The notes under the pieces were generated by a model. The model saw only the letters and a list, made by a program, of their open reading frames with translations, made no database searches and had not been told where the DNA came from. A stretch of 64,000 nucleotides of DNA from Octopus vulgaris. Lineage: Eukaryota. Below are positions 25,787 to 38,587 of this stretch, in pieces (positions within the stretch are counted from its first letter, which is position 1; every line of letters starts with the position of its first letter). Location: positions 56,668,001-56,732,000 of the forward strand of contig OX597826.1 of assembly GCA_951406725.2 (NCBI GenBank), given 5' to 3'. A program made the translations under genes and the position numbers.

Positions 25787-26413
25787 TAAACCCTTTTAAT
25801 ACCAGCTGACCTGAAACTTCTAAGTTCTATGGTACAAATTTCTCTGGTTTTAAAGTGAACTGAATTAAAACATATCCCTAAATATCATGTTGATTATGTT
25901 CCAAATACCTGCTTAAAAATGACATTATTTTGCTAAATTTGGCATTATATTAAGAATTAATTGAAGCAAGGGCGCAGGAGTGGCTGTGTGGTAAGTAGTT
26001 TGCTAACCAACCACATGGTTCCGGGTTCAGTCCCACTGCGTGGCATCTTGGGCAAGTGTCTTCTGCTATAGCCCCGGGCCGACCAATGCCTTGTGAGTGG
26101 ATTTGGTAGACAGAAACTGAAAGAAGCCTGTCGTATATATGTATATATATATATATATATAAGTGTGTGTGTATATGTTTGTATGTCTGTGTTTGTCCCC
26201 CTAGCATTGCTTGACAACCGATGCTGGTGTGTTTACGTCCCCGTCACTTAGCAGTTCGGCAAAAGAGACCGATAGAATAAGTACTGGGCTTACAAAGAAT
26301 AAGTCCCGGGGTCGATTTGCTCGACTAAAGGCGGTGCTCCAGCATGGCCGCAGTCAAATGACTGAAACAAGTAAAAGAGTACTTCAGCAGAAATATGGTA
26401 ACAACAGGGCTAA
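25787..26413. mobile_element. Diverged P1-related piggyBac-type MITE (inverted), split by a SINE
   Basis: 25787-25970 and 26380-26413 align by eye to the reverse complement of 9749-9977; decayed ends TAAACCCTTT and GGGCTAA. Confidence 0.65.
25971..26381 (+). mobile_element. SINE family A, full length
   Basis: A and B boxes, internal microsatellite, GTAAAAGA end; nested inside a MITE. Confidence 0.93.
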
Positions 26414-27936
26414 ACAAGCTGACAAGAATCGGAGTGATAGGAGACACTGTCACCTTGTTAATAGAAAGCAAATGTTTAACTGAGTGAAGTATCACTTAAA
26501 TATCAATGAAGACTTGAATTTAAAACTGAACACTTTATAAGACAAAAATCGATGTCAAAAGAACTAATTCACAAAAAAAAAAAAAAAAAAAAATTCAGCT
26601 GGAAACTGGAATTGAACTTATTTCCTCTCCATTCACGTTAAACCAACTGATATCAAATCAGCCGAAAGATTATGAAATAAAATGAAATAAAGATGTGAAT
26701 TCTATAGAAATTAGCTCAAAGAGTAAATTTCTACGAATCTAAATTTACAAAAATCAACTTAAAAAACAATTAAAAGAAATTTCTAGATTTTTAAAGATTT
26801 TTTTTTTTTTTTTTTTTTTATGTAGTCCAGTTCATTGTCGAGAAAGTGTTCTGTTATAGCAGAAAACTAATGTATCGATTAGTCTCAAATTTCTGTAGAA
26901 AACCATCAACATTGATAATAACAAAGTGAATATCTTTTGCACACCAACAATTAGCCTTTCACCTTTGAAGAAAATAGGCTGGTATCAGTAACTATTGATT
27001 TCTGGAGTCTAGCGCACAATCTGATGAATCCACCTAAATCCCAAACTGCTGCTGTTGTTGTTGTTATTATTATTATTATTATTATTGATGCTCTAAGTAT
27101 TGGGTGCAGGGTGACAAATTAGTGAAGATTCTATTTTATATATTTTAGTGTTGTTTGCTTGTTTTCAATAGGGAAGTCTCAAATTACTCTTGCTTAGATC
27201 AACACTGAACTGGCAAATAGCTACTGCTGCTGGTGCTGCTGCAGTTAGAATGTTATATGTATACAGACAAATAAATGCAGATATTCCTGCACACTCTCTG
27301 ATCTCTACAGAAACCTTTAAGACCTATTTCAGCAATGACAGCTGAAATTGGCAATCGCATTAAAAGAACGTAATATAAATGAATACAAATAAAGACAGGG
27401 AGAAAAAAAAAAAAATAAGAAGGGAAAAATGAACCAGAAATGAACTTGAAATGGCAAAAATGAAATAAAATAAAAAGAAATGAAAATAAATTATAAAACA
27501 AGCAAATAAATAAAATCAATCAAAAGCGAACAGAGTTCCAAAAGCAAATGCATGGAAAGGAAAGGAAAAAAGAAAGATGAAATTGATAACAAATAAGTCT
27601 TAATCTTACTAAGATCCCGCAAGAATTTTAAGAATGGAATTGTTATTCTTTGCTGGATCAGAAAATATATCAATGACATGATGACAATTTATCGCAGACG
27701 TTTGAAGACGAGACATTTACACAATTTCAACATTTGGGACTCGGAACAATCCTTTTGTTTTCCCCATTTTCAAAGCCTAGCAACGCTGTTTTCCGCAGAT
27801 GAAACGGCAGTTGTATTTGTTCAATTCTGGTGGCAAGTTATTGTCAGAGTTTCTTTCACACATCTTTAGTTAAAAGAAAAACCCCGAGACAAAAAAAAAA
27901 GATGCATTCATGCATGTGTATGAACATGTGTATGAA

Positions 27937-27984
<48 letters not shown>

Positions 27985-28251
27985 GGTTCCCTTGTTAATG
28001 TGTGTATTTGTCTAGGTATCTGCATGGGTATTAGAGACGGTTCTGCTTAATAAATAGGGAGCGGACAAGAATAATGGCATTAACACTAGCAAGGATAATA
28101 ACATTTTTTAACAATGACAAAATAGCAAAATAGGAAGTTGCAAAATAGAGAATATAAATGTAAAAGAGAAAATGAAAAAGACCACAAGGAAGAAAGAAAA
28201 CGACAAAAGACACACACACACCCACAAATGACCATACAAGAAAGACAGACA

Positions 28252-28292
<41 letters not shown>

Positions 28293-30284
28293 ACCCCAAA
28301 AGTTGCTGTTGAGAAATGACTACATGAATGTGGAATCCTGGGATTGATCCCTTGAATGCATGAATTGTAAAAAAAACTGGTCTGACATGTGGGCAGGGAA
28401 AATGTTTGGAATTTCAACAAATAGTAAAGGAGAGTTTATCCTTAAGTGATAAACTTGTATATAATAAATATATAACAAAAAGTGGAACATCAAAAAAAAA
28501 AAAAAAAAAAAACTAAATAAATAAATAAATAAAAAAAATCTTTAGATATATCAAAGAGATTTTAGCAATGGCTTGCAGATGTATTTTCTGACAAAGTTTT
28601 GTTGCAAGATATTTCGGTAGTCAGTGATTCTGTTCATTAAACTATTTTCTTGCACATTTCTGTAGTGCTGTAGTGGCAAAGCCAGAGGGTAGACATTTTA
28701 GCGTTTTGATAAGAGGGAAAAAATTAAGAAGCATATATAAACAAACAGAAGTTAGTGTGTAGTATAAGTATGTAAGGAGTGAATTATGAATGTGTTTATG
28801 TGCTATGTGCCCAATTCAATCAACAGACACACATATATATATATACACACACACACATCGTATATTTGTTAATATAATGGAAAACATGTATGTGTGAAAC
28901 AGAGAGGGAAAGAAATGGCTAACATGAAAAATGGGGTGTCAGAGAAACTATGTGTGTGTGTGTATATGAGAATGAAAGGGAAAATGTGTATGTTTGGTTA
29001 ACATTACTATAACTACTGCTGCAGCTACTACTACTGCTACTACTACTAGTAATAGTCATTAAAGATATCTAATCTCCCAAGGAAAAAAAGCTAAGTTAAG
29101 TTGGTTGCCTCCAGCCTGATTTATTACCTGTTATAGCTATTAATAAGGCGGGTACTACAAGTGCTCTGGAAACATCCTTCTATTGATGGAAAAATTCTGG
29201 CCTGCAGCAGAGAGGGGTGTTCGGCAACACCCTCAATAACTCTCCCACAATTCTAACATCCTGTAGCAAGAAGCAGCTGAATAAAAGATTCTACAGTATT
29301 TAAAGAGATGTACGACTGTTGGAATAAGAAGTGATGCCATCAGAATTACAAGACTTGTTTAACACATTACGAAACATTACAACATATACACACACAGACA
29401 CACGTGTGTGCACACACACCCATACATACATACATACATACAAGCATGCACACACACACTGGTATGGTAGTTAGTTATCCTCAGCCAACAGAATATTTTT
29501 GTGATCTAATTTCAAATCCCAGATGGAACCATTTCACTAACGTCATTAATTCCCATAGGGAAAGGCATTAATGTCACTATTTCCTGCTTCTACTCCTCTA
29601 ATAATCATAAAAGTGTGTGTTAAGTATGAAAACACTGCTGCACACTAGGGATGTATGAGTGTGGATGGATGGAGAGATGCAGAATTTTACTGTGTATTTT
29701 ATGTTTTTTTTTCTTCTTTTTTTTTATGGTATCAAGTTTTGTAATTCCCTAGTTCTGTTTTAAAATACTTTGACTGTGTCAACTTAACCCATATTCAATA
29801 ATAGAAGAATTAGTTGGGATCCTGGTGGAATGAGTGCACAACCTAGTTTTGATCCACAGCTGTTGATAGCTATTTCACATCATTTCCATTACAAATACTC
29901 TTAAAGGAAAAAATAACAAAAACAAATGCCAGAGTCTCTGAAAACAAAGAAGGAACTACAATGCTGTTGCTCAACTAAGAGTTGCTATCGAAACTTGCTC
30001 TTTTAACAATGAAATGACACAGACTATATAGCCAAGATCCTTTTTTTTTTTTTGTAACAAGGATGGGTGGGAGTGCTGGCTTGCTCAATTAAGGGTAGGC
30101 TTGAATCTCTTTTACCTTTCCCAAAATATTCTAAGTTAGCTGAAATATTAAAACCAAGATATTAACATATATTGTGGAAAATAAACTGGAGGTTAACTGA
30201 GATGATTTCAATCATTTTCTACATGCACACATGCACAAAGAAAAGCTGGTCTGGTAAGGACTATGCCAATGCTACCAAAGACAA

Positions 30285-30392
30285 GGTGGACTGGAGCAAT
30301 GACAGATAAATGTCTTGCTCAAGGACACAATTCACAGCCAGGAATTGAACTTATTACCTTATGTTTGTGAGTCAATGCCCAAATCATGTGCC
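30285..30392 (-). mobile_element. Degenerate tRNA-SINE head with TGTGTCCTTGAGCAAGACA block
   Basis: The minus strand reads ...AGTTCAATTCCTGGCTGTGAATTGTGTCCTTGAGCAAGACATTTATC; a similar relic lies near 47350-47445. Confidence 0.55.
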
Positions 30393-30629
30393 ATAATAAA
30401 AGGATGTTAACCAACCAACTAAAGACCTCAGATACTTTCATATTTGGTTACTGATGATATACTTTAATCCTTATAATCCTTACAATTGGTACTCAATTTT
30501 TAAACGACAAAGTCTAACTTAGTCCTACTGCGAGGTGCAACTCACTACCGAATAAGTACCAATACCGTAAAATAGATCAGTGTTTTGTTATTATGCATTA
30601 ACGAGTTTAAACTTATCCAAGAATATAAC

Positions 30630-30866
30630 ATTTCTTATTTCTTTACTGCCCACAGGGGGTTAAACATAGAGGGGACAAACAAGGACAGACAAAGAGATTA
30701 AGTCGATTACATTGACCCTAGTACACAACTGGTACTTATTTAATTGACCCCAAAAGGATGAAAGGCAAAGTCGGCCTCGGTGGAGTTTGAACTCAGAGCG
30801 TAGTGGCAGACGAAATACCGCTAGGCATTTCGCCCAGCGTGCTAACGTTTCTGCCAGCTCGCCACC
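30630..30866 (-). mobile_element. SINE family B, full length with 9-bp TSD
   Basis: Head GGTGGCGAGCTGGCAGAAACGTTAGCACGC, B box GAGTTCAAACTCC, tail AAAGAAATAAGAAA; GAATATAAC at 30621-30629 and 30869-30877. Confidence 0.9.
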
Positions 30867-33067
30867 ATGAATATAACGTGCCAGAAGATTGGCTCAACCA
30901 GGTTCCATTGAGCCTTGATGACCAAACATTACACAAAGCAAATGTAAAATTATTTCTTATTAAAAATTGAACATTATTCAAACATTCCATTCAGACTAGA
31001 AGGTGAAGAGTAAATTTTTCATTTCAATATGAATACTTCAATCTCTGCATGAACTACCAATAGAATTTTTGACCTCCTTCACAAGAATTTACATCGGAGT
31101 TACTCTCGGTAGAATAACAATTCTTTTATACTTCAATTTCACAAAACTAACAGAGAATGGTTTGGAAAGTAAATTAGCCAGCAATTCTTCAGTTCAGGAA
31201 CTCACAAGTCTTCAAGGACTGTAGATCTTCAATCTATTATCATAGAGGAAAATTAACATTGAATATATTTTTCTTTTCAAAATGAGTGCAGAAATACAGA
31301 ACTTAGTAAACCAGTAAACCTAACAGTTTGAAGAATATTATTATAACCGAAAATGTACCAAGGATAATTCATGCCTTTTATTCCTATACCTCCATTTATT
31401 TAAAGTAAAAGAAAATGCTAAGGCTTTTTTTTTTTTGCTTTAATTTTAGTAATTTGAAACTATTTAAATATTTTCTTTGAATATTTATTATTATTATTAT
31501 TATAATTATTATTATATGTTAGAAACAATTTGCCATCTGAACAATACAGATGCGTGTGAAAGTGCATGAGGATGATGTGTATGTGTATATGTGCAAGTAT
31601 ATGCATGCATGCATGTATACATACACTTAAAAAGTGTGTGCTTGCATGTGTGTGTGTGTGCTATAGTTAAAGTAGATTTATTATGCTAATCTGAAGAGAT
31701 ACAGAACATGTTCAGAACCAAATTAAATGTTTATTTGGAATCTTTCTCTCCAACAAAACAATAGTGAGGGACATTAAATTTTTATATTTCTGAAAACCCT
31801 CTAATCCACTTTGATTGATTGATTGATTGATTGATCAGTCGATTGATGGGTGTTAATGATGACAGTGGTGGTTGTGGTAGTTACAAAGATGGTGATGATA
31901 AAAACAATCAATGGGAGGGGAATGAGAGTTGTGATGGTGAAATGAAGAGGATCACAGAAGTAATTATAATGATGATGCTGTTGGTGGTAGTGGTGGTTGA
32001 AGTGGTGGTGGTGATGACAAAATGGCAATGATGATGATTAGAACTGAACCAAAAAGTGCCTATTACAGTAATTGATTTACAAAACAAAAGTGTAAGACAA
32101 AGAACACAACAAAAATGCAAACAACAACCCCTGTGCCTTGTTTCTCTCTGCCAAACTGGTCTGGTAAAATTGCATTGTAAAAATTAAAGGATACTCTATT
32201 CTATTAAGTCTATGTGATAATTGAATCCTAAACAACAGGTGCTTTTCATTAAAAAAAGAAAACAGTTATAAAAACAATATCAAAACAAATGAAAAAGAAA
32301 ATTTGGAATCACCCCTAACTTCTTCACACACAATCAACTCCATTCCTTAATTAAATTATTTTCTCATTGTTAACAGACTGGTAAAATAGAAAGAAAAAAA
32401 CAAAACAGAAAAAGAAAAGCCAACTAACTAGAATACATACACATATGTACATTCATATCCACACACATGTACTTACACACACACACACACACGCACACAC
32501 AGCTTTTGAAAATATTTTAATTTGAAAACAAGTTAAATGCTTTTTACAGAATCTTGACAAAATATTTAACAAATAGGTTTGACAAACAACTTGTTTTTGG
32601 TGGGCAAAGTTGGAAAGGTGATGTGTTGAGGAGGCATGTATTAGAATGTCAACGCCATTTCTGGAGAACATTCATCCAAATATAAAGTATGAGAATCCAG
32701 CAGAGTGGCACCCGTGCTGAGACTCAATTTTATTGGAGGACAACTGGGAAGTAGATATTTGTAGAAACTAGTGAGGTACAATTTTAAAAAATCTACACTG
32801 GTAACTAAATATACCATGTTTACTTATGTATAAGTAGCACTTGTGTACATTGATAAAAATAATGTAATCCAGCAATGAAATCCCATTAGAACATAGTATT
32901 AAAATGAACTGAGAAAAATTCAACTCATATCTACTCTATATGTTTGTATGAAATAAAAACATTATGAATCTATAGTAAAATTATATATATTATGTACATT
33001 CTGACAGGGACAGATATATTACAAACTCTGTTGGCATATATAAATATGGCCTGACACATCTAGTACC

Positions 33068-33296
33068 TTAACCCATTAGTGTTTAAACCGGCCAAATCCA
33101 GCCCAAATATTCTATATATTTTATATTCACACTGGCAATATCTAGCCTCTCACACCTAACCTACAATGCCATTCTAAAAATAAACAATCACATCATTGAA
33201 ACCTCAAAGCTATGAGATAATGTTTGATTAATTCAAAACAATTTGAATTTTAAAAATATTACATTTAACAGAGTAATCTGAACACTAAAGGGTTAA
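33068..33296. mobile_element. piggyBac-type MITE, family P2
   Basis: TTAA at 33068-33071 and 33293-33296; TIR CCCATTAGTGTT vs CCCTTTAGTGTT; the interior is not visibly related to P1. Confidence 0.88.
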
Positions 33297-34879
33297 GCCT
33301 GCCTCACCTAATTGTTTTTACCTGTTGCTTTTATTTCTGGCAAAAAAAATCCATTCAACCGTTTGAATTCTGACTAGAGAAATAACCATAAAAGTATTTG
33401 ACTGTTGTATGTGTAAGCACATGTGTGTGCATGTGTATGTGCATGTGTGCGTTTATTGGGTGCAGAAATAGAGAGAGAGCCTCAACCATGAATAAAATAA
33501 TAATACAATCCGGATATATTTATTATAAAACCCTATTTAAATAATCAGTTTTAAACGTCAAGTCAGTCATTTTCTGTTCCAAATATCAAATCCTTTGCTC
33601 AAGCTCCTTTTGTTGTTCTGCAAGAGATGGTGGTGGAGGTTTGAGATAAATGTCACTCTATTCTGACTCCACCCACTTCTGTTCTCTCATTACTCTGTGT
33701 TTATTCTGTTATCAAAGGTGATGTAGAGGATATAGAAGACAGCGGGATAGACTGGGGTGGAGGCTTCATAAACATAAATACATATTTACTATTTCTGACA
33801 AAACTCCCGGTCTTCCAGTTCTGTCAGTTGTTAGTGTTGACTTTGCACTTCACTGTCTACATAAAAATTATCAATTAGCTAACTTACTTTAGGTGGATAA
33901 GTTACATAAGCCTGTGCACAGTGTGTGTGTATGAAAGTGTGTCAGTGTGTTTCTGTGTCAATATGCAAGCGTACATGAATGTGTCAGTGTGGAAATGTCA
34001 TGCATTTGCAAGTGAGCATGTGAATGACCATGTATGTATATGCATACATGCAAATATATGGATATACAGGTGGAAGTATGTGTACGTATGAATGTGTATT
34101 TTTGTATGTAGGGAAATATGCATGAATTTGAATAAGTATGGAATATCTCTGTGCATGTATGTCTGTATTGACGTCTGAGGAAATGGGAATTGTGTGTGTG
34201 TGTGTGTGTATGTCTAAGAGAGACAGAGAGATAGAGAGAGAGAATTAACAGAGAACAGGCAGGAGAAAGAGAGAATTTTAATTATTTTGGATGAGTAGAA
34301 TTTTTAACAAGATATCCAATTTATCAATAGTTACATTATGGTAGAAGCATATCAAAATTTAAAAAAACTGACATACACACATTGATTTATTGCCTTTTTA
34401 AAAGTGCAAAAGTGTGTGTGTGTGTGTGTACGTGTATAAATATAAATCATCAAAATATTTAATCACACATGTGTAAAATTATGATCTGGTCGATGATACT
34501 ATTTTAACCACCGTATCTAATTTACAAATTCTACTTGCCTTGTTTCGCTGACTAAAGAGCTTCTCTAACTCTCAGTAACTAGAAATTGATGAAAACCAAA
34601 GCGATAAAAATAAATAGCAGTCAAAGATCCCTTGTATCCACCCTTTTATTTTAAAGGGGGAGGATACACTATGCTCAAGATACACTATGCTTAAAAAGGT
34701 GAGAAAAAATAGAAATAAAAAAAAATTTTAAAACTAGTTGGCTACAGCCAGAATGTCTTTGATCAAAGGTTTGCTCAGAGCTGATGTAGAGTTAAACAAC
34801 AACAACAACAACAAGAATATTAAGAAGTTGGGTGATCTTACAGAGCAAGTAATTAAAACTTTATGAGTATATACATAAA

Positions 34880-35521
34880 CAAGGTGGTGCTGTTAAAGTT
34901 CCTGGCTTTGGGTAAAAGAAAATACAGGAGAAGTTAATTATGATTTTATTCATCAAAATCAAAATCGTAATCTATCAACATCAATGGAATTTGTAGCTGT
35001 GATACCAGTGCTGGTGGCACGTAAGAGAACCATCCGAATGTGGCCGTAACCAGTGCCACCCAACTGGCCTCCGTGCCAGTGGCACATAAAAAGCACCATC
35101 CGACCATGGCCGTTGCCAGCTTCGTCTGGTCCCCACGCCAGTGGCACGTAAAAAGTACCATCCGATCGTGGCCGTCTGGCAGCCTCGTCTGGCACCTGTG
35201 CTGGTGGCACGTAAAAAGCACCCGCTACACTCACGAAGTGGTTGGCATTAGGAAGGGCATTTAGCTGTAGAAACACTGTCAGATCAGACTGGGCCTGGTG
35301 CAGCCTTCTGGCTTCCCAGACCCCAGTTGAACTGTCCAACCCATGCCAGCATGGAAAGCGGACGTTAAATGATGATGATGATGATGATTCTCCTCTCAGA
35401 TACACACTTATTGCAGTGGTCCTTCAGTTTTTCTAAGCCTGTAAAAAAACTCGGAAGGTTGGGCCCCCAGCCAGGCCTTTCATGATACCTTTAAAGCCAG
35501 GGACTTTACAGCTCCCCTTTT
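34880..35521. mobile_element. Mariner/Tc1-type MITE interrupted by a family E retroposon
   Basis: ~29-bp imperfect TIRs AAGGTGGTGCTGTTAAAGTTCCTGGCTTT and (reverse complement) AAGGGGAGCTGTAAAGTCCCTGGCTTT; TA-rich right flank. Confidence 0.75.
34952..35388 (+). mobile_element. Family E retroposon with four tandem 62-65-bp units and (GAT)n tail
   Basis: Motif GTGCYRGTGGCACRTAAAAAGCACC at 35008, 35073, 35135 and 35198; the 3' part matches 7867-8097; no pol III A/B boxes seen. Confidence 0.9.
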
Positions 35522-35564
35522 ATATACAGTATAACAGCATATGTAGAGATCATGTAGAAGTGTG

Positions 35565-35870
35565 AATAAAGAGTTGAGATTTCTACACATGCTGCAGTAT
35601 GAACATTGAGTGTAGATTACTGTAAGATCAACATCAAGGTATATATATATTGAGTGTTGATAGCTGCACAAGCAACAGTGTATAGGTAAATTACTGAACA
35701 CCCATACTTCTATACATTTGCATGCATACAAGCGACAGTGTCTGTACAAAATGTAGGTAGATTAGTGCATGAGCAACAGTGTATATCAAGTGCACATTAC
35801 TGCACATGCAACATCATGTATATTGTACAAACGATAGTGTGCATACTGAGTGCAGATAACTACACAACCA
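35565..35870. repeat. Highly degenerate minisatellite, unit about 30-35 bp
   Basis: Recurring GAGTGYAGATTACTGCACAAGCAACAGTGTAT-like units. Confidence 0.55.
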
Positions 35871-36484
35871 ACTGTTGTTATGCTATATAAGTGTGTGTGT
35901 GTGTGTGTGTGTGTATGCATGTGGTCCGAGCAGTTTGTTGATGGAAACATGACATATCTACTCAACCCAATTATTGTTTTCGTTGCCACCCAACCCCCCC
36001 AAAATTTTCTGGGGTGGTGGTGGTTTCATTTATCTATTCTAGCAACTGATGAAAAAAAAAAAAAAAAAAAAAAAAGAAAGATATCCACCAACATTCAAGA
36101 TAGCTACAAGACAAATGAGAAGAATGCGGAAGCCATTACATCTTATTTAAGTTGGAAAATAGGTTGCTAATGACAGTAATTCAAGCAGTCAAGTCGTTTT
36201 TCTTTTTCGCCTACTTCGCTTCGCATCTTCGCATCAGTCGGAACTAAAATCAAATCAAGACAGCCTTTCTCCAAGAGTAAGCAATTTGTCAGAAAGTAGA
36301 TGTGGTTTTCGGTACTTAGATAAGTGAAATAAACATATCTCTATTAGAAGAAAATAGCCGAGAGATTAGTGTATAGTGGTTAGGATGGAAGGAGGGCAGG
36401 AAGGAAGGTGGGAAACCGGTGAGAAAGAAAAAAAAAAAGAAAGAATGAGAGACTGAGATTGTAAGAATGAGATTAATGGAGATT

Positions 36485-36511
36485 ATATGTGTATGTATAT
36501 ATATATGTGTG

Positions 36512-36554
<43 letters not shown>

Positions 36555-36571
36555 ATGTATATATATATGTG

Positions 36572-36622
<51 letters not shown>

Positions 36623-36630
36623 TATATATA

Positions 36631-36682
<52 letters not shown>
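36485..36682. repeat. (TA)n-dominated compound microsatellite
   Basis: Direct reading. Confidence 0.96.
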
Positions 36683-36683
<1 letters not shown>

Positions 36684-36782
36684 ACAGAGAGGGGTAGGAG
36701 AAGAGGTGTAACACAAGAGGTCAAAATTGATATAACAGACTAAAGCCATTGAAATAATGTTAAAAGGTCAAAATATAGAAAC

Positions 36783-36818
<36 letters not shown>

Positions 36819-37096
36819 GGAGAGAAAGAGCAAATATGAAAAAGAAACTGAAAGACTAAGGGAATATTCCAGGGATGTACTACATCAATGTTTCTATATT
36901 GGGCTGTCACCATGGTAGTGCTTTTCATGGTTTATGTGTAGGAGGTGTGTGTGAGTGTGTGTATGTGTGTGTGTATGTGTGGGGGTTAAATGTTTGACAT
37001 CACTTGTTCCCATTATTCGCCTGTCCATACATAAATAAATAAATATCATAAATATACAAATACTACCATCTCTGTGTCTCATCAGATCACATCCAT

Positions 37097-37131
<35 letters not shown>

Positions 37132-37304
37132 TTTATGGAACAACTAAATACTTTGGTAGATTTGGTATATTCCTTAGAGAATGGTTGGATTGGAGCAGAT
37201 ACATCAATTCTGTCTGGCCAATAAGTTTGGCGTTTATAGTTCTGTAACTATAGTCATACATAGGTCAACAGCAAATATACCTATATAGGATGTGTGTACA
37301 TGTG

Positions 37305-37400
37305 CATACATATACACACACACACATACATATATACATACATACATATATATACATACATACATATATATATACATACATACATACATACATATATACA

Positions 37401-37432
<32 letters not shown>

Positions 37433-37473
37433 CATACATACATACATATATATATACATACATACATACATAT

Positions 37474-37506
<33 letters not shown>

Positions 37507-37529
37507 TATATATACATACATACATATAT

Positions 37530-37592
<63 letters not shown>

Positions 37593-37690
37593 CATATACA
37601 TGCACACTCACACATATATATACAAACACCATATACATGCACACACATATATACACACATACATATATACACATACATACACACACACAG
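37305..37690. repeat. Compound (TACA)n/(TA)n/(CA)n microsatellite
   Basis: Direct reading. Confidence 0.96.
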
Positions 37691-38025
37691 ACATGCAGTA
37701 AAATGAAGCCAAATTGAGAGTAAATCACTTTTTCTGTAGAAACCATAAAGAGTGAGGGGTGTCAAATAACAACTTTTTATTCAATCGGTAATAGAAATAA
37801 TTAACTTTGCTGCATTTATTTTCGTCATAACTACTCCGTGAGTAAATGATCATCATTATTTTGTTGTTGTAAAAAACTGATAGTTTTAGTTCCAAACTCT
37901 AAGAAAATGTACTAAAAGATCAGATTTTCAAATTCTTGTCTTCTTTTAATGCATTAATAACCTTAAAGAAAGGCATGGTTGCCACAACTCTACTTCCTTC
38001 ACAAAGACATTTTCATTATCATTAT

Positions 38026-38230
38026 TAGGTGGCAAACTGGCAGAATTGTGAGTGCATTGGACAAAATGTTTTGTGGCACTTTCTTCTTGGTTCAAATTCC
38101 GCCAAATTCGATTTTACTTTTTCATTGTTTCGGGGTGGAAAAATAAAATCCAGTTGAGCAATGGAATTATGTAATTGACTAACCATGTACCAAAATCTGC
38201 CAAAGTACACTGAATGGGGTACAAGCACAG
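38026..38230 (+). mobile_element. SINE family B, degenerate copy
   Basis: GGTGGCAAACTGGCAGAATTG head, GGTTCAAATTCCGCC B box. Confidence 0.65.
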
Positions 38231-38587
38231 CTTGATGAAACCATTGATTTCTCAAGCGAAGTGTTTTACAGAGGTAGGTTGTAGGATGACCAACACAGCT
38301 TTCATTTTCTCAACAAAACCTCGCATTTGAGCATTAGTGGTGTTTATGCCCCCATAAACAATATCTACTGTAGCTTGGTTGTTTTGTAGGTTTTGACATA
38401 TGAAGCCCACTTGAATGTAAAACATCCTTACTTCAAAAGCATATAGAAGTTAACAATAAGAAGGGCATCTGGCTATAGAATACAGACTATATAAACCTCA
38501 TCTGATCCATGCACTGTTGATGTAAAAATGATTAAGATATGGAAAGAGATTGAGACTGTTGGGAGTGGTGTGGTGTGGTAAAATATC

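Noticed and set aside
25971-26045. tRNA-like sequences at SINE heads
   Set aside because: A and B boxes are present, but there is no complete cloverleaf and each continues into a SINE body; not tRNA genes.
27677-27870. ATGATGA C-box-like word in a unique island, possible C/D snoRNA
   Set aside because: No CTGA D box at a suitable distance and no terminal stem.
32570-32780. Balanced-composition stretch with short open frames (e.g. MSTPFLENIHPNIKYENPAEWHPC)
   Set aside because: All frames close quickly, splice signals are poor and no family is recognised.
35008-35222. Repeat-spacer appearance (25-nt palindromic repeat every ~63 bp) suggestive of a CRISPR array
   Set aside because: The spacers are homologous to each other, the array is part of a dispersed retroposon with a (GAT)n tail, there are no cas genes, and the DNA is eukaryotic.
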